A stretch of 64,000 nt of DNA, from IMG/VR virus record IMGVR_UViG_3300022752_000051; one strand, given 5' to 3'. The position numbers and the translations under genes are program-made. Source of the DNA: an uncultured virus (IMG/VR IMGVR_UViG_3300022752_000051) (Duplodnaviria; Heunggongvirae; Uroviricota; Caudoviricetes). This document shows positions 20,085 through 30,463 of the stretch, piece after piece. The notes under the pieces were generated by a model that ran no database searches, was not told where the DNA came from, and saw only the letters and a list, made by a program, of their open reading frames with translations. Each line of letters starts with the position of its first letter. Position 1 is the stretch's first letter.

Positions 20085-21074
20085 GTGAACAATTGGAAAA
20101 ACAATTTAATATTTGTTTCTGCACAACCAGATATCCCATATTTTCATTGGCAATGTGAGGTGTATCTTAATAATTTCTTAGATCTAGGAATTCCAAAAGA
20201 TAATATTCACATATTATTTGGAACTCAAGATAATGAAAAGTTATCTCCTGATGCAAAAAAACTAAAACAATACACAAAAAATATTTTTAGTTTCAAAGAT
20301 GAGAGAGATAAAAAACATTATATCCCAAGTATTAAACCATTTTTAATTTACAAGTGGTTGAAACAAAAAAAACAGAGAGGTAAATTACTTTTTGTTCATG
20401 ATTCTGATATCATATTTAACTCACTACCTAACTTTGATAAACTTATTCAGGATGATATTAACTATGTCTCAGATTGTCGAGGTTATTTAAATCACAACTA
20501 TTTAAGATCTTGTGATAATAGATATTATGAAAAACATTCAGATAAAATTTACAGTGGTCAATTAATTCGTGAAATGTGTGATATAATTGGTGTTGAACCA
20601 AGAACCATCAGAGACCAAAACGACAACACGGGTGGTGCACAATATTTATTGAAAGATCAAGATTGGCAACTTTGGTTTAAGATATACAAAAATTCAAATT
20701 TATTGTTTGATAGAATAAAAAGATTTGATAATGAGTATCCGATTGAAAACGGACAATTACAAGTTTGGACAGCTGAAATGTGGTCAATACTTTGGAATCA
20801 ATGGTTTATGGATAAACAAGTTAGAATAACTGATGAATTAAGTTTCTGTTGGGCAAGTGACAAGATCACAGATTGTGATGATAAAAAAATATTTCATCTA
20901 GCTGGTGTAACAGAAGAAATTAGGTTAAATACTTTTTACAAAGGAGATTTCATCAATGTAAACCCATTGAATGTATTGAAAAACAATCCAAATTTTTTCA
21001 ATTTTATCGATAAAACATCCGCAACTAATTTATACGTTGAGTTGATGAAATTAGTTTCAAAAAAACTAATTTGA
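20085..21074 (+). CDS. glycosyltransferase resembling plant peptidyl-Ser galactosyl- / Hyp arabinosyltransferases (GT96/GT95-like)
   Basis: Ordered motifs YFHWQCEV, YIPSIKPFLIYKWL, VHDSDIIF, GGAQYL, WTAEMWS and IFH. GTG start. Confidence 0.65.
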   Translation: MNNWKNNLIFVSAQPDIPYFHWQCEVYLNNFLDLGIPKDNIHILFGTQDNEKLSPDAKKLKQYTKNIFSFKDERDKKHYIPSIKPFLIYKWLKQKKQRGKLLFVHDSDIIFNSLPNFDKLIQDDINYVSDCRGYLNHNYLRSCDNRYYEKHSDKIYSGQLIREMCDIIGVEPRTIRDQNDNTGGAQYLLKDQDWQLWFKIYKNSNLLFDRIKRFDNEYPIENGQLQVWTAEMWSILWNQWFMDKQVRITDELSFCWASDKITDCDDKKIFHLAGVTEEIRLNTFYKGDFINVNPLNVLKNNPNFFNFIDKTSATNLYVELMKLVSKKLI

Positions 21075-21076
21075 GT

Positions 21077-21083
21077 TATTTAT
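21077..21083 (+). promoter_or_regulatory. TATTTAT motif
   Basis: Located 5 nt before ATG 21089. Confidence 0.55.
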
Positions 21084-21088
21084 AGTCA

Positions 21089-23251
21089 ATGGCTTTTTCA
21101 TATTCCTTAAGTGCGTGTTGTCAAAATGGTTTAACATTTAATGTTACCACAAGTGATGTTTTACCATCATTGAATAGGTTTGCTTGTATTCAAACCCTAC
21201 AATACTCTGGGTGTGTTCAAGTCATTAAGTATAATGCCACATATGAAGAGTATGGCTACCAATCGGTATCACCTTACGTGTTTGAATCTTGTGATGATTG
21301 TTATTCATTTTGTAATTGTTCACCATCGTGTAATACTTGTGTTGAATACCAATTAGTTAATAGTGGTAGTGAAGTAACTGTAAATTTTACAGATTGTAAT
21401 GGATATCCAAGACAACTTGTTTTGGGAGATACGGCCACAGATTATGTTTGTGCCAAACAAGGAAGTGTAACATCAATAGATGGTGTAACCATTACAGCTG
21501 GTGGTGCATGTACTTTAGCACCATTCTCAACTATTTGTGGTAAATTCAGTGGAACGTCAGCACCTGAAGGTGTTACCATTCAATACAAAGATTGTTTTGT
21601 AGGGTCTAATGTTAGTAATAAAGTATTAACAGTTCAATACGGATCTTCAACCGAAATAGCTTATTGTGCTTGTGTCCAAGGAGATATTATTGAGGGTAGT
21701 TTGGTTTCAGGTGGTGGTCGAATAGCCAATTGTGATTGTGAAGGTGTACCAACAACACCAACACCAACACCCAGTGTCACACCAACTTTTACACCAACAC
21801 CGACTAACACACCAAGTAATACACCCACGTTAACACCAACACCGACGAACACACCAACTAATACAGTATCACCATCAATTACACCGACAAATACTGTTAC
21901 ACGGACTGTTACACGATCATCAACAACACCAACACCAACACCGACTACTGACCCAACTTTTGACATCTATCTATTTCAACCTTGTTGTGGACAACCTGAT
22001 TTCAGATTAAGCTATATTCCAGGTTCAGCATCAGTTGGTGAAATTTTCTATATCAACGCACCATTTTTTATTGGTTGTGCTGAAATAATACCGTATAAAG
22101 CCACTGGAACAATTTATAGTGCTAAAGGTATTGATATTACTTATGGTATTGGATCGTGTGAAAATATGGAGTTTTGTGAGTGTCTCACACCAACACCTAC
22201 ACCAACAATAAGTTGTAAATGTAATAATTATAATATTTTTAATGGTGGTACAACAGGATATTTTTCATATACTGATTGTGATAATAATTTTAGAACCGTA
22301 TTTTTAGAAAAAGGAGCGACGGTAGCATTGTGTTCTTGTTCAGAAAAAAGTTTTATATTACCACAATTTTATTCTTATGTGTTGGTAGGTCCGTGTGACG
22401 TACCAAGTCCAACACCACAACCAACACCAACACAAACACCTTCTAATTCGTCACAACCAACAACATGTCCGATTACAGGTTTTTGTTTAAATACATACTT
22501 TACACCACTAGAAATTTATGATGGAAATTATACGGTTGGACCCGGAACTTACAATTCAAGAAGTTATTATACAGGTTCTACAGGTACATACATTTTTTTC
22601 AATTCAGGAACCACTACTTGGTGTTTATCAACAGTTATGGGGGGTAATTGTATTTTACGAGGGACAGTGCCTTGCAATGGATCCTGCCCAGATTTCAACC
22701 CAACATATTTTTCAAATGGAGTTTGTCTCACAACCACAACAACAACATCACCTTGCGGTGTGTTCAATTTTGAAGGATATTTCGATTGTGCACCAAGTGC
22801 GATCACTCCAACATTATCAACAACGATGACACCAACACCGACTGTGACTATAACACCAAGTTCTACTAACTATTGTTTTTCATATACTGGTGACGTAAGT
22901 TTTAGTTCCTATACATCCACTACTACAACAACTACAACAACTACCACAACAATTAATAGAAATTTACTAATCACTGGTGAAGAAAACTTTAGTTTAGTAA
23001 ATACAATATTTATAAGTCCAGGACAATGTTTTTGGTTTAGATTATGTGATAGTTTAGTAGATTACTTTATAGAACCATCTGATTTATTCAATGATGTCGA
23101 TTTAATTATTGGTAGAATATATGATATGAATATAAACAACTCTAGGTACTGTTTTATTTTCTTTGGTGCAACCACAGCATCACCAAATAGCTATGTTATA
23201 GAAATAAACAACAATTATATTAATTGTGCAACTTGTATAAGTAATTTATAA
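21089..23251 (+). CDS. Cys-rich, Thr-Pro-linker modular (mucin-like) putative virion protein
   Basis: TPTPTPS tracts separate C..Y...(F/Y)TDC...C and CC modules. Confidence 0.8.
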   Translation: MAFSYSLSACCQNGLTFNVTTSDVLPSLNRFACIQTLQYSGCVQVIKYNATYEEYGYQSVSPYVFESCDDCYSFCNCSPSCNTCVEYQLVNSGSEVTVNFTDCNGYPRQLVLGDTATDYVCAKQGSVTSIDGVTITAGGACTLAPFSTICGKFSGTSAPEGVTIQYKDCFVGSNVSNKVLTVQYGSSTEIAYCACVQGDIIEGSLVSGGGRIANCDCEGVPTTPTPTPSVTPTFTPTPTNTPSNTPTLTPTPTNTPTNTVSPSITPTNTVTRTVTRSSTTPTPTPTTDPTFDIYLFQPCCGQPDFRLSYIPGSASVGEIFYINAPFFIGCAEIIPYKATGTIYSAKGIDITYGIGSCENMEFCECLTPTPTPTISCKCNNYNIFNGGTTGYFSYTDCDNNFRTVFLEKGATVALCSCSEKSFILPQFYSYVLVGPCDVPSPTPQPTPTQTPSNSSQPTTCPITGFCLNTYFTPLEIYDGNYTVGPGTYNSRSYYTGSTGTYIFFNSGTTTWCLSTVMGGNCILRGTVPCNGSCPDFNPTYFSNGVCLTTTTTTSPCGVFNFEGYFDCAPSAITPTLSTTMTPTPTVTITPSSTNYCFSYTGDVSFSSYTSTTTTTTTTTTTINRNLLITGEENFSLVNTIFISPGQCFWFRLCDSLVDYFIEPSDLFNDVDLIIGRIYDMNINNSRYCFIFFGATTASPNSYVIEINNNYINCATCISNL

Positions 23252-23258
23252 TCCTATT

Positions 23259-23474
23259 ATGCCAATTCAAATATCAATAAATGCAATGACTGGATCAAGT
23301 CCGTATGATGTTTACTTATGTGATATTCAATTAGTTAACTGTTTTTATATCGAAACAATAACAAATCTACCATATGTTTTTGATATTCCACCTCCTATGA
23401 ATAATCAATCATCAGCTTGTGTTAAAATAGTTGATAATCTAAATTGTGTAACATATACCTGTCAAAATTTTTAA
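23259..23474 (+). CDS. small Cys-containing beta-rich protein
   Basis: 71 aa, TGSSPYDVYLCD...VKIVDNLNC. Confidence 0.7.
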   Translation: MPIQISINAMTGSSPYDVYLCDIQLVNCFYIETITNLPYVFDIPPPMNNQSSACVKIVDNLNCVTYTCQNF

Positions 23475-23477
23475 CAA

Positions 23478-26400
23478 ATGGCAATTTTAAATAAAGTATT
23501 TACCAACTGTCTTAATTCATCCGATACACAAATATTTCAGTATAACGATTTATTGTTTGTACCGGGTAGTGTGATTTCTCAAAATGGTAATTGCTATCGT
23601 GACACACAAATTACATCTGATTTGGTCGCAACATTGAGCATTAAGTCTACTGGTTTTACCAATTGTCAAGAATGTTTAACAACAACAATGACTGGATTAG
23701 TTGTTTCTGGATGTTCAGGTGGTACATTTATGTATCTGACATTACCAAATGATGAAGTTCCACCGATCGGATATACAGTCCTTTATAACTCTTTTTGTTG
23801 GACTGTAGTTTCAGCAACTACAGAATTTTATAACGTTCAATCAAACATTCCTTCTTTTGAGGATTGTGAAACATGTAATCTTTTTGGTACCACAGTTGAA
23901 AGGACAGGTGGTGGTTCAACTACAGGACCGGGAGATCCCGGAGATCCAGGTGGAGGAGGCGGTGGAGGTGGTTACCAACCTAATTATGAGGTAACAAAAT
24001 TTGTTCAGTGTTGTGATAGTTCAGTATCAAGGTGGTATGAAATTGATATTAATTCTCAGGGTTGGGGACCTACAGGTACACAAGTATATTATGATTTTAC
24101 AAATCAAATTGCTTGGGTACGTACAAATGTTATTTGCAATCCTCCATACCAAAATTGTATTTCTTTTGGTCAATTACCAGGATTTCTAAGTAATAGTTGT
24201 GGTGATGTGGCACAATGTCCGACACCTACTGTAACACAAACACCAACAGCAACATCACAACAATATTCGTATTGGGGCGCATCTTCGGTACTTAATGGTA
24301 CTCCACCTACTTTTCAAGATACTTGTAATAATTGGGTTCCCCCCGGTCAATATTACTATGGATTTAAACCATTTAATTTACTTCAAGTAAATGATTATTT
24401 ATACTCTGCAGCCTCAAGAAATTCTACCAGTTTAGTTGTAGGTAGTGATTATGCTGTATTACCTTTAGCATCAAGTAATACAACAAATGTCGAAAAATAT
24501 TTTCAAGTGAGTTCGACAGGAAGAATAGCCGCGATTGTCAATTGCACACCTATAACTTTTTATCCATATAAAATTTCAGAAATACAAGTACTTTCTGGAT
24601 ATTTTACAAATACACAAGAAGCTTGCAATTACCCATTTAGTGTTTATTGGCGTATTATTTACGGATTGAAACCAATTGATCTACTTGTGACTGGTGATGT
24701 TCTGTATGCCACAAGTGATTTTAGTACACCACTTACAGCTTTTTACTGGTTAGGTAATACGTATAGACCTATGTATGAGTGGAGTACAACAACAAACACA
24801 ATTGTTGGGCCTAAATATGTTGTTAGGAGTGCTGCAGGTGGAAATGGGGCAATTAGTTTTATAGCTACATGTGATAGTGTTGCACCACCATTTACACCAA
24901 CTCCAACAATAACATCCACAGGATGTGTTGCACCGGGAACTGTAGTAGATTGTGTTTCTTATAAACTTTTTGCGAACGGAAACACAGCTGTTGTTTTCAA
25001 TTACGATCGGTGCACAAACAATGGAATTGATTATGGACTTCAAATTACTGTCCAACCTTTTAGTGATACAATAGTTTGTAGTTCTAGTCTTCCAACATTT
25101 GTATCTGGAGGACCATATGGTATACAAACACTACTGGGATGTAATAGAATATGTATTGACCCAACACCTACACCAACTTTAACACCAACAAATACCCAAA
25201 CTCCAACTAAAACATCTACAGAGACACCTACACCAACAAATACCGTATCACCCACACAATCACCATCCATTACACCATCTAATTCCCAGACTGGAACACC
25301 ACCACCATCAGGAACAAACTTCCCAACTCCAACACCGTCAGTCACAAACACTCAAACACCTACGAACACACCGACAAACACTCAAACACCTACGAACACA
25401 CCGACAAATATGTCGACACAAACACCAACTTTGACACAAACATCAAGCCAAACAGGAACACCAGTACTAACACCGACTAATACACCTAGTGTCACTCGTA
25501 GAGCAACAACAACTACTACAAGACCATCAGGTATAGAAGAGTGTCGCGTAATAACTGTAGAACCAATGGGTGTGACTTGTAATGTCATCAATGCTACAAC
25601 ACCAGGAGCATTGAGTACGGCCGCATTAATTATTACAGGTGGAACTTCACCATATAATATTTTGTGGGATCACGGAATAAATCCACCACAATATCAGATA
25701 TTAAATAACTTAACAAATGGTATTTATTCGGCAACGGTTACAGATTTTTTCCAAGATTATAGAGTTAAAGTTTTTTGTGTTGTTACAGGAGCTTCAATAA
25801 CTGTAACATCTACACCAACAGTGACACCAACTCAAACTGGAACACCACCACCATCAGGAACAGCTGGGCCAACACCACCTGTTACAAGTACACCAACTTT
25901 CACACCATCACCCACAGTAACATCAGTATCACAATTGTGTGCTACGTTTAATATAACAGATGGTAATGGTATTCAAAGATTTGAACAATACCAATTCTTT
26001 TACGGAAACCAAATTAACGGCACCAATTCATGGACTGCCACTACTACACAAAACTATTTAACAAATAGTGGATCTTTATTATTGAGATTTCAACCAACAG
26101 TCTCTAATCTAGGAAATTGGTACATATCACAAATTTCCGCATCAAACAATATAGTTTGGCCATTTACTATACTGACTGGGAATGCAAACAGAAATTCATT
26201 ACCTACAAATGGATGGGGGTTTCTTGGGCCTACAACCTATACTGATAGTTTCGGCAGAAGTAATACGGTTAATAGTTTGCAAGTCACAATCGGACAATGT
26301 ACCGTACCACCACTATCAATAACATTAATCACCCAGAACGCTACTTGTCCATTATCCTTCGACGGTAGTATCAGTATTGTAACAGCTGGTGGAACGCCAC

Positions 26401-27656
26401 CATATTTTTATTCCTTAGATAATACAAATTTTCAAACAAGTAATACATTCATTAATCTTTCAAATGGATTTTATACAGCATATATTAAAGATAGTGCTAC
26501 ACCACCACAAACGTCTTCTCAATCATTTACTATAAATACAACTTATAATCAAGCACGACCAACAACATTAAATTTTACTCGAACACAATATATTCCCAAT
26601 AATAGTCAACCAACAATTTTTGATAATTTTTCACAATATGAATTAAATTTAAATCAACTAGCGAATGGAGTGAGTTTATCTACATTAAATTTTGATTTAG
26701 AAATTCAAAATATTACAAGTAGTCCTGGTACAACAGACGCTATTGGTACGGCAGTTACTGTATTGGTCAATAATCAAACTGTGTTCACAACAGGTGTTAC
26801 ATCATCTACACTATGGACTGAAACATCAACAACGCCAAGAACTAGTGTAGGTTGTAGTAATCAAAATGCAACAATTACAACTCAAAAAATATTAGTTCCA
26901 GACAGAACTCTCGGTTCCCTTGGTATTCGAGTAGCCGCATTTTTTGGTAGAGCTATTGAAAATACTGATGTTGTGATCATCAATATCACAAATAAAGCAA
27001 GAATTATTTCACCATCAACCATACAAACTTGTCCAACAGAGTTAACAAATAAAATAATGATCAATACAAATTATGTTGTGACTGGACCAAATCAAAATTG
27101 TTTTCCAGTACAAGGTAATCCATCAATTACTGTAACTGATTCTAAATCAGCAACACAAGCCGTAAGTACCACTTACACGGGTGAATGGAGAATACAAGTC
27201 ACAAACGCAGCAACATGTTTTGCGGTTGTTAGTGTAAAGACGCAAGGTATAATTGGATCAGGCACTTTGAATGCTAATTGTAATAGACAGTCAACTAGTA
27301 TACCAAATCCATGGCCTGGCGGTCAAATTAATGTTTTCAGAGGACAAACTTTGAGAGTAATGCCTCCAGCTTATAGTACTTGTGTTCCAATACCTGTAGC
27401 GGCTTCAGATTATATTCAGATTCAGTACATTATGTATACATCTACTAATTGTACCAATAGTGTATCTCCTGGTAATTCTACACCGTGTAGTGGAGATTAT
27501 GAATTGATGCTTTATGTTGACCAACAACAATATGGACCAATGTTATTACCCACTATTGGTGGAGCAAGTACAGTAGCTCTTATTTTTAATGGTCAAAGAC
27601 CTGTAATTAACCCCAATAGTAATGTGACTATAATAATTGATTGCGTTTCACCTTAA
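23478..27656 (+). CDS. 1392-aa Cys/Thr-Pro-rich protein with SprB-like repeats
   Basis: NATCPLSFDGSISIVTAGGTPPYFYSLD...FINLSNGFYTAYIKDS and GGTSPYNILW...NLTNGIYSATVTD, plus long TP tracts and a poly-Gly stretch. Confidence 0.8.
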   Translation: MAILNKVFTNCLNSSDTQIFQYNDLLFVPGSVISQNGNCYRDTQITSDLVATLSIKSTGFTNCQECLTTTMTGLVVSGCSGGTFMYLTLPNDEVPPIGYTVLYNSFCWTVVSATTEFYNVQSNIPSFEDCETCNLFGTTVERTGGGSTTGPGDPGDPGGGGGGGGYQPNYEVTKFVQCCDSSVSRWYEIDINSQGWGPTGTQVYYDFTNQIAWVRTNVICNPPYQNCISFGQLPGFLSNSCGDVAQCPTPTVTQTPTATSQQYSYWGASSVLNGTPPTFQDTCNNWVPPGQYYYGFKPFNLLQVNDYLYSAASRNSTSLVVGSDYAVLPLASSNTTNVEKYFQVSSTGRIAAIVNCTPITFYPYKISEIQVLSGYFTNTQEACNYPFSVYWRIIYGLKPIDLLVTGDVLYATSDFSTPLTAFYWLGNTYRPMYEWSTTTNTIVGPKYVVRSAAGGNGAISFIATCDSVAPPFTPTPTITSTGCVAPGTVVDCVSYKLFANGNTAVVFNYDRCTNNGIDYGLQITVQPFSDTIVCSSSLPTFVSGGPYGIQTLLGCNRICIDPTPTPTLTPTNTQTPTKTSTETPTPTNTVSPTQSPSITPSNSQTGTPPPSGTNFPTPTPSVTNTQTPTNTPTNTQTPTNTPTNMSTQTPTLTQTSSQTGTPVLTPTNTPSVTRRATTTTTRPSGIEECRVITVEPMGVTCNVINATTPGALSTAALIITGGTSPYNILWDHGINPPQYQILNNLTNGIYSATVTDFFQDYRVKVFCVVTGASITVTSTPTVTPTQTGTPPPSGTAGPTPPVTSTPTFTPSPTVTSVSQLCATFNITDGNGIQRFEQYQFFYGNQINGTNSWTATTTQNYLTNSGSLLLRFQPTVSNLGNWYISQISASNNIVWPFTILTGNANRNSLPTNGWGFLGPTTYTDSFGRSNTVNSLQVTIGQCTVPPLSITLITQNATCPLSFDGSISIVTAGGTPPYFYSLDNTNFQTSNTFINLSNGFYTAYIKDSATPPQTSSQSFTINTTYNQARPTTLNFTRTQYIPNNSQPTIFDNFSQYELNLNQLANGVSLSTLNFDLEIQNITSSPGTTDAIGTAVTVLVNNQTVFTTGVTSSTLWTETSTTPRTSVGCSNQNATITTQKILVPDRTLGSLGIRVAAFFGRAIENTDVVIINITNKARIISPSTIQTCPTELTNKIMINTNYVVTGPNQNCFPVQGNPSITVTDSKSATQAVSTTYTGEWRIQVTNAATCFAVVSVKTQGIIGSGTLNANCNRQSTSIPNPWPGGQINVFRGQTLRVMPPAYSTCVPIPVAASDYIQIQYIMYTSTNCTNSVSPGNSTPCSGDYELMLYVDQQQYGPMLLPTIGGASTVALIFNGQRPVINPNSNVTIIIDCVSP

Positions 27657-27667
27657 ATAAATAAAAA

Positions 27668-29830
27668 ATGGGATATATCATAAAAAATACATCTGGGTTG
27701 ATAAATACCCAAATAACAGATACAGGTAGAAAATACCTATCGCAAGGAAATTTTAACATAGCATACTTTCAGGTCGGCGATTCTGAAGTTTGTTATACTG
27801 GAGGCTCAGTGATACCGAATGGGTATATTTTTGAAGCTGATTATAATGCGCAGAATTCAACACCATATCCACAATCAAATCGAGAATATATCAAATATCC
27901 ATATTATTTAGAAGGAACCTCTGGAAATACTTACGGTATACCAGCCGATTTATCAGCCGAAACGTTGATTTTCAATTATACGGATATGCTTGGATTCTTT
28001 ATGACTGGAGCGTCGAATAACTATATCGTAAACACAACAACAGGTCTTACATTAACAGCCAATTATATTTTTGATTTGAATGTATGTAACGGTGCTAATA
28101 TTATTCTTTTGCAAGATTTTATTTGTACGCCAAGTGTCAATAACCCATCTACAGGAGATTTTATTACAATGTATTTTGATTTCACTCCTGATTGTGGAAA
28201 CATAGATAATTTTATGATATTAACCTATAAAATAACTTCTTTTCAAGATTTGGGTGAGGGGTTATATCGAGTGAGTTTGGATAGAAGTTTACCGAATTTT
28301 GCTAGTGTTTCGGATTGTTTGGGTCAAGCTAGAGCTTATATTTACCCATCAGAATTTGATACATATTATGATGTAACGGTACCTTCAAATTATTTTGCAC
28401 TTCCTTGTACTACCACATCCCAAGTCAATATTTGGAATATGAATATACCGTGGAGTGAAAGTCCAGCTGGTTTGCTTGAAACAAGTTATAAAGGTTATAC
28501 GTATTTCGGATCTGTAAATTATATTGGTAGTAAAGAATATCTAGGGTATCAAACGGATAGTGGTCAATACTTTATAGATAGTTCTGGAATTACGGCAACG
28601 ACAGACTCTTTCTATTTTAATTCTTACGGAGAAAAAGTTGATGTAAAACCTTCAGAACAAAAAACTATTGCGATTGTAAGTTATACAAACCAAAGTATTA
28701 ACAATTACTATGGAGAAAAGTTCGCTGTAGAACCGTATGATCAATCAAATCCCGGACAAGAGGGACAGGCTAGAAACCTTAAAGTTATATTACCAACATT
28801 AATGTGGCATAAATCTACGGGAAATACCATTGGTGAAACATTTTATATTGATCCTCCAGGATTTAATTTACTTTCACCATCATATATGAAAAGTACCAAG
28901 AACTCAGATTTCAATACACCGGGTATGAGGTATTATCATTTATGGGATACAAATTCAAATCCAAATGGATTACCTAACAGAGTTGGAAAAGTTTACCCAG
29001 ATTCAAAAATTGTGGTGTTTGATGATGAAGAAATCGTGGCAGCAATGTCATATAAATCAAATAGAAATTGGACTTTACCAGCACCACAATTAAATTTATT
29101 GGCACCTAATTTGTGTACAGGTGATATTGATTCTGTTGGTATTTTAAATAATAGTGGTCAAACACTTTATTTAACATATAGATTTACATCTACAGCATTT
29201 ACACAATCTCTTCATTGTAATTACTATTCCAAAATAGTTGGTCCAACTGATACGTCTCAACCTATGAATGTTGCATTTAGGTTTGGAAATGAATTTCCAT
29301 TTTTATCTGACGGTTGTTATGGATTTCATGCGAATGGAATGAAAATATTAGCTCAAATTGTACCAACAAATACAAAACCACTACCAAATTTTTGGACTGA
29401 AATTGATGTAACCTCGGATCTCAGTGGGTCATTAGTAAATGGGTATATTGTTCAATCAAACATAGTAAACACAACTTTTGTATTAAGTTTGAATGATTTT
29501 ACAGGTGGAACACCTTATAACTTAGCGAACGTTATTAATCTACCAACTTTGGGATCTGTAGGTGGACTTAATTTTGGAGATGAATATTATTTCTATGGAA
29601 ATTTTGTTTCTGATATTGAAGCTACAATTTATGAAATGAAATATGGTATAAATTTGACTAGTCAACAATTTACAAATTCGTCTAATCCAACATCAAGTGG
29701 AACCTCAACTAATTATATTACAGAAATTGGTCTTTATAATTCCAAAAAAGAACTTATGATTTTATCAAAATTGAGTGCACCTCAAACCAGACGTGCACTA
29801 CAACAATTCTTAGTAAAATATGACTTTTAA
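27668..29830 (+). CDS. putative tail/baseplate structural protein
   Basis: N-terminal ITDTGRKYLSQGNFNIAYFQVGDSEV and C-terminal YITEIGLYNSKKELMILSKLSAP resemble tail-collar/baseplate attachment motifs. Confidence 0.6.
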   Translation: MGYIIKNTSGLINTQITDTGRKYLSQGNFNIAYFQVGDSEVCYTGGSVIPNGYIFEADYNAQNSTPYPQSNREYIKYPYYLEGTSGNTYGIPADLSAETLIFNYTDMLGFFMTGASNNYIVNTTTGLTLTANYIFDLNVCNGANIILLQDFICTPSVNNPSTGDFITMYFDFTPDCGNIDNFMILTYKITSFQDLGEGLYRVSLDRSLPNFASVSDCLGQARAYIYPSEFDTYYDVTVPSNYFALPCTTTSQVNIWNMNIPWSESPAGLLETSYKGYTYFGSVNYIGSKEYLGYQTDSGQYFIDSSGITATTDSFYFNSYGEKVDVKPSEQKTIAIVSYTNQSINNYYGEKFAVEPYDQSNPGQEGQARNLKVILPTLMWHKSTGNTIGETFYIDPPGFNLLSPSYMKSTKNSDFNTPGMRYYHLWDTNSNPNGLPNRVGKVYPDSKIVVFDDEEIVAAMSYKSNRNWTLPAPQLNLLAPNLCTGDIDSVGILNNSGQTLYLTYRFTSTAFTQSLHCNYYSKIVGPTDTSQPMNVAFRFGNEFPFLSDGCYGFHANGMKILAQIVPTNTKPLPNFWTEIDVTSDLSGSLVNGYIVQSNIVNTTFVLSLNDFTGGTPYNLANVINLPTLGSVGGLNFGDEYYFYGNFVSDIEATIYEMKYGINLTSQQFTNSSNPTSSGTSTNYITEIGLYNSKKELMILSKLSAPQTRRALQQFLVKYDF

Positions 29831-29832
29831 TA

Positions 29833-30435
29833 ATGGCAAAATCTAAATTACAAAATTCTCCCAAAGTTCTGGGTCTTGATGTATCTACAGCCACAATTGG
29901 TTGGGCTCTTTTTGATATTCAGACAAAACAATTACTAGAATTGACACACATATCCCCCCGACCTAAGCTGGAAACAGATGATAAAGTTGAGGAGTTAATA
30001 CGTAAGTCAGACGTGTTTAAAACAAAGTTACTTGAGTATACAAACATGGGTATAACTAAAGTTGTCATCGAAGAACCACTACTGCATTCAAATAATATTT
30101 ATACAGTACAAACACTTATGCGATATAATTCATTTATCACAAAAGTAATTTATGATACTTTAAATATTATTCCTGAATTCATTTCAACGTATGATTCAAG
30201 AAAATTTGCTTTTCCCAATTTGGTAAAAGAAAACGATAAAGGTAAATTCGTTCTTTTTGGTGGTCTTCCAAAAGATGTGGATAAAAAACAAATAATTTGG
30301 GAAAATGTGGCAAAATTAGAACCACAAATTACTTGGCAATACACCAAAAAACAAACACTTAAGAAAGAAAATTTTGATATGACGGACTCATATACTTGTG
30401 TACTCGGTTATATGAAATCAAAAAAAATTTGGTAA
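29833..30435 (+). CDS. RuvC-like Holliday junction resolvase
   Basis: Motifs VLGLDVSTATIGWA, VVIEEPL and DMTDSY. Confidence 0.8.
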   Translation: MAKSKLQNSPKVLGLDVSTATIGWALFDIQTKQLLELTHISPRPKLETDDKVEELIRKSDVFKTKLLEYTNMGITKVVIEEPLLHSNNIYTVQTLMRYNSFITKVIYDTLNIIPEFISTYDSRKFAFPNLVKENDKGKFVLFGGLPKDVDKKQIIWENVAKLEPQITWQYTKKQTLKKENFDMTDSYTCVLGYMKSKKIW

Positions 30436-30459
30436 TTTGATTTTTCCGTTGTATATTTG
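30428..30459 (+). promoter_or_regulatory. Bacteroidota-type promoter (-33 TTTG, -7 TAnnTTTG)
   Basis: TTTG at 30428-31, 20-nt spacer, TATATTTG at 30452-59, upstream of the primase. Confidence 0.7.
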
Positions 30460-30463
30460 AAGA

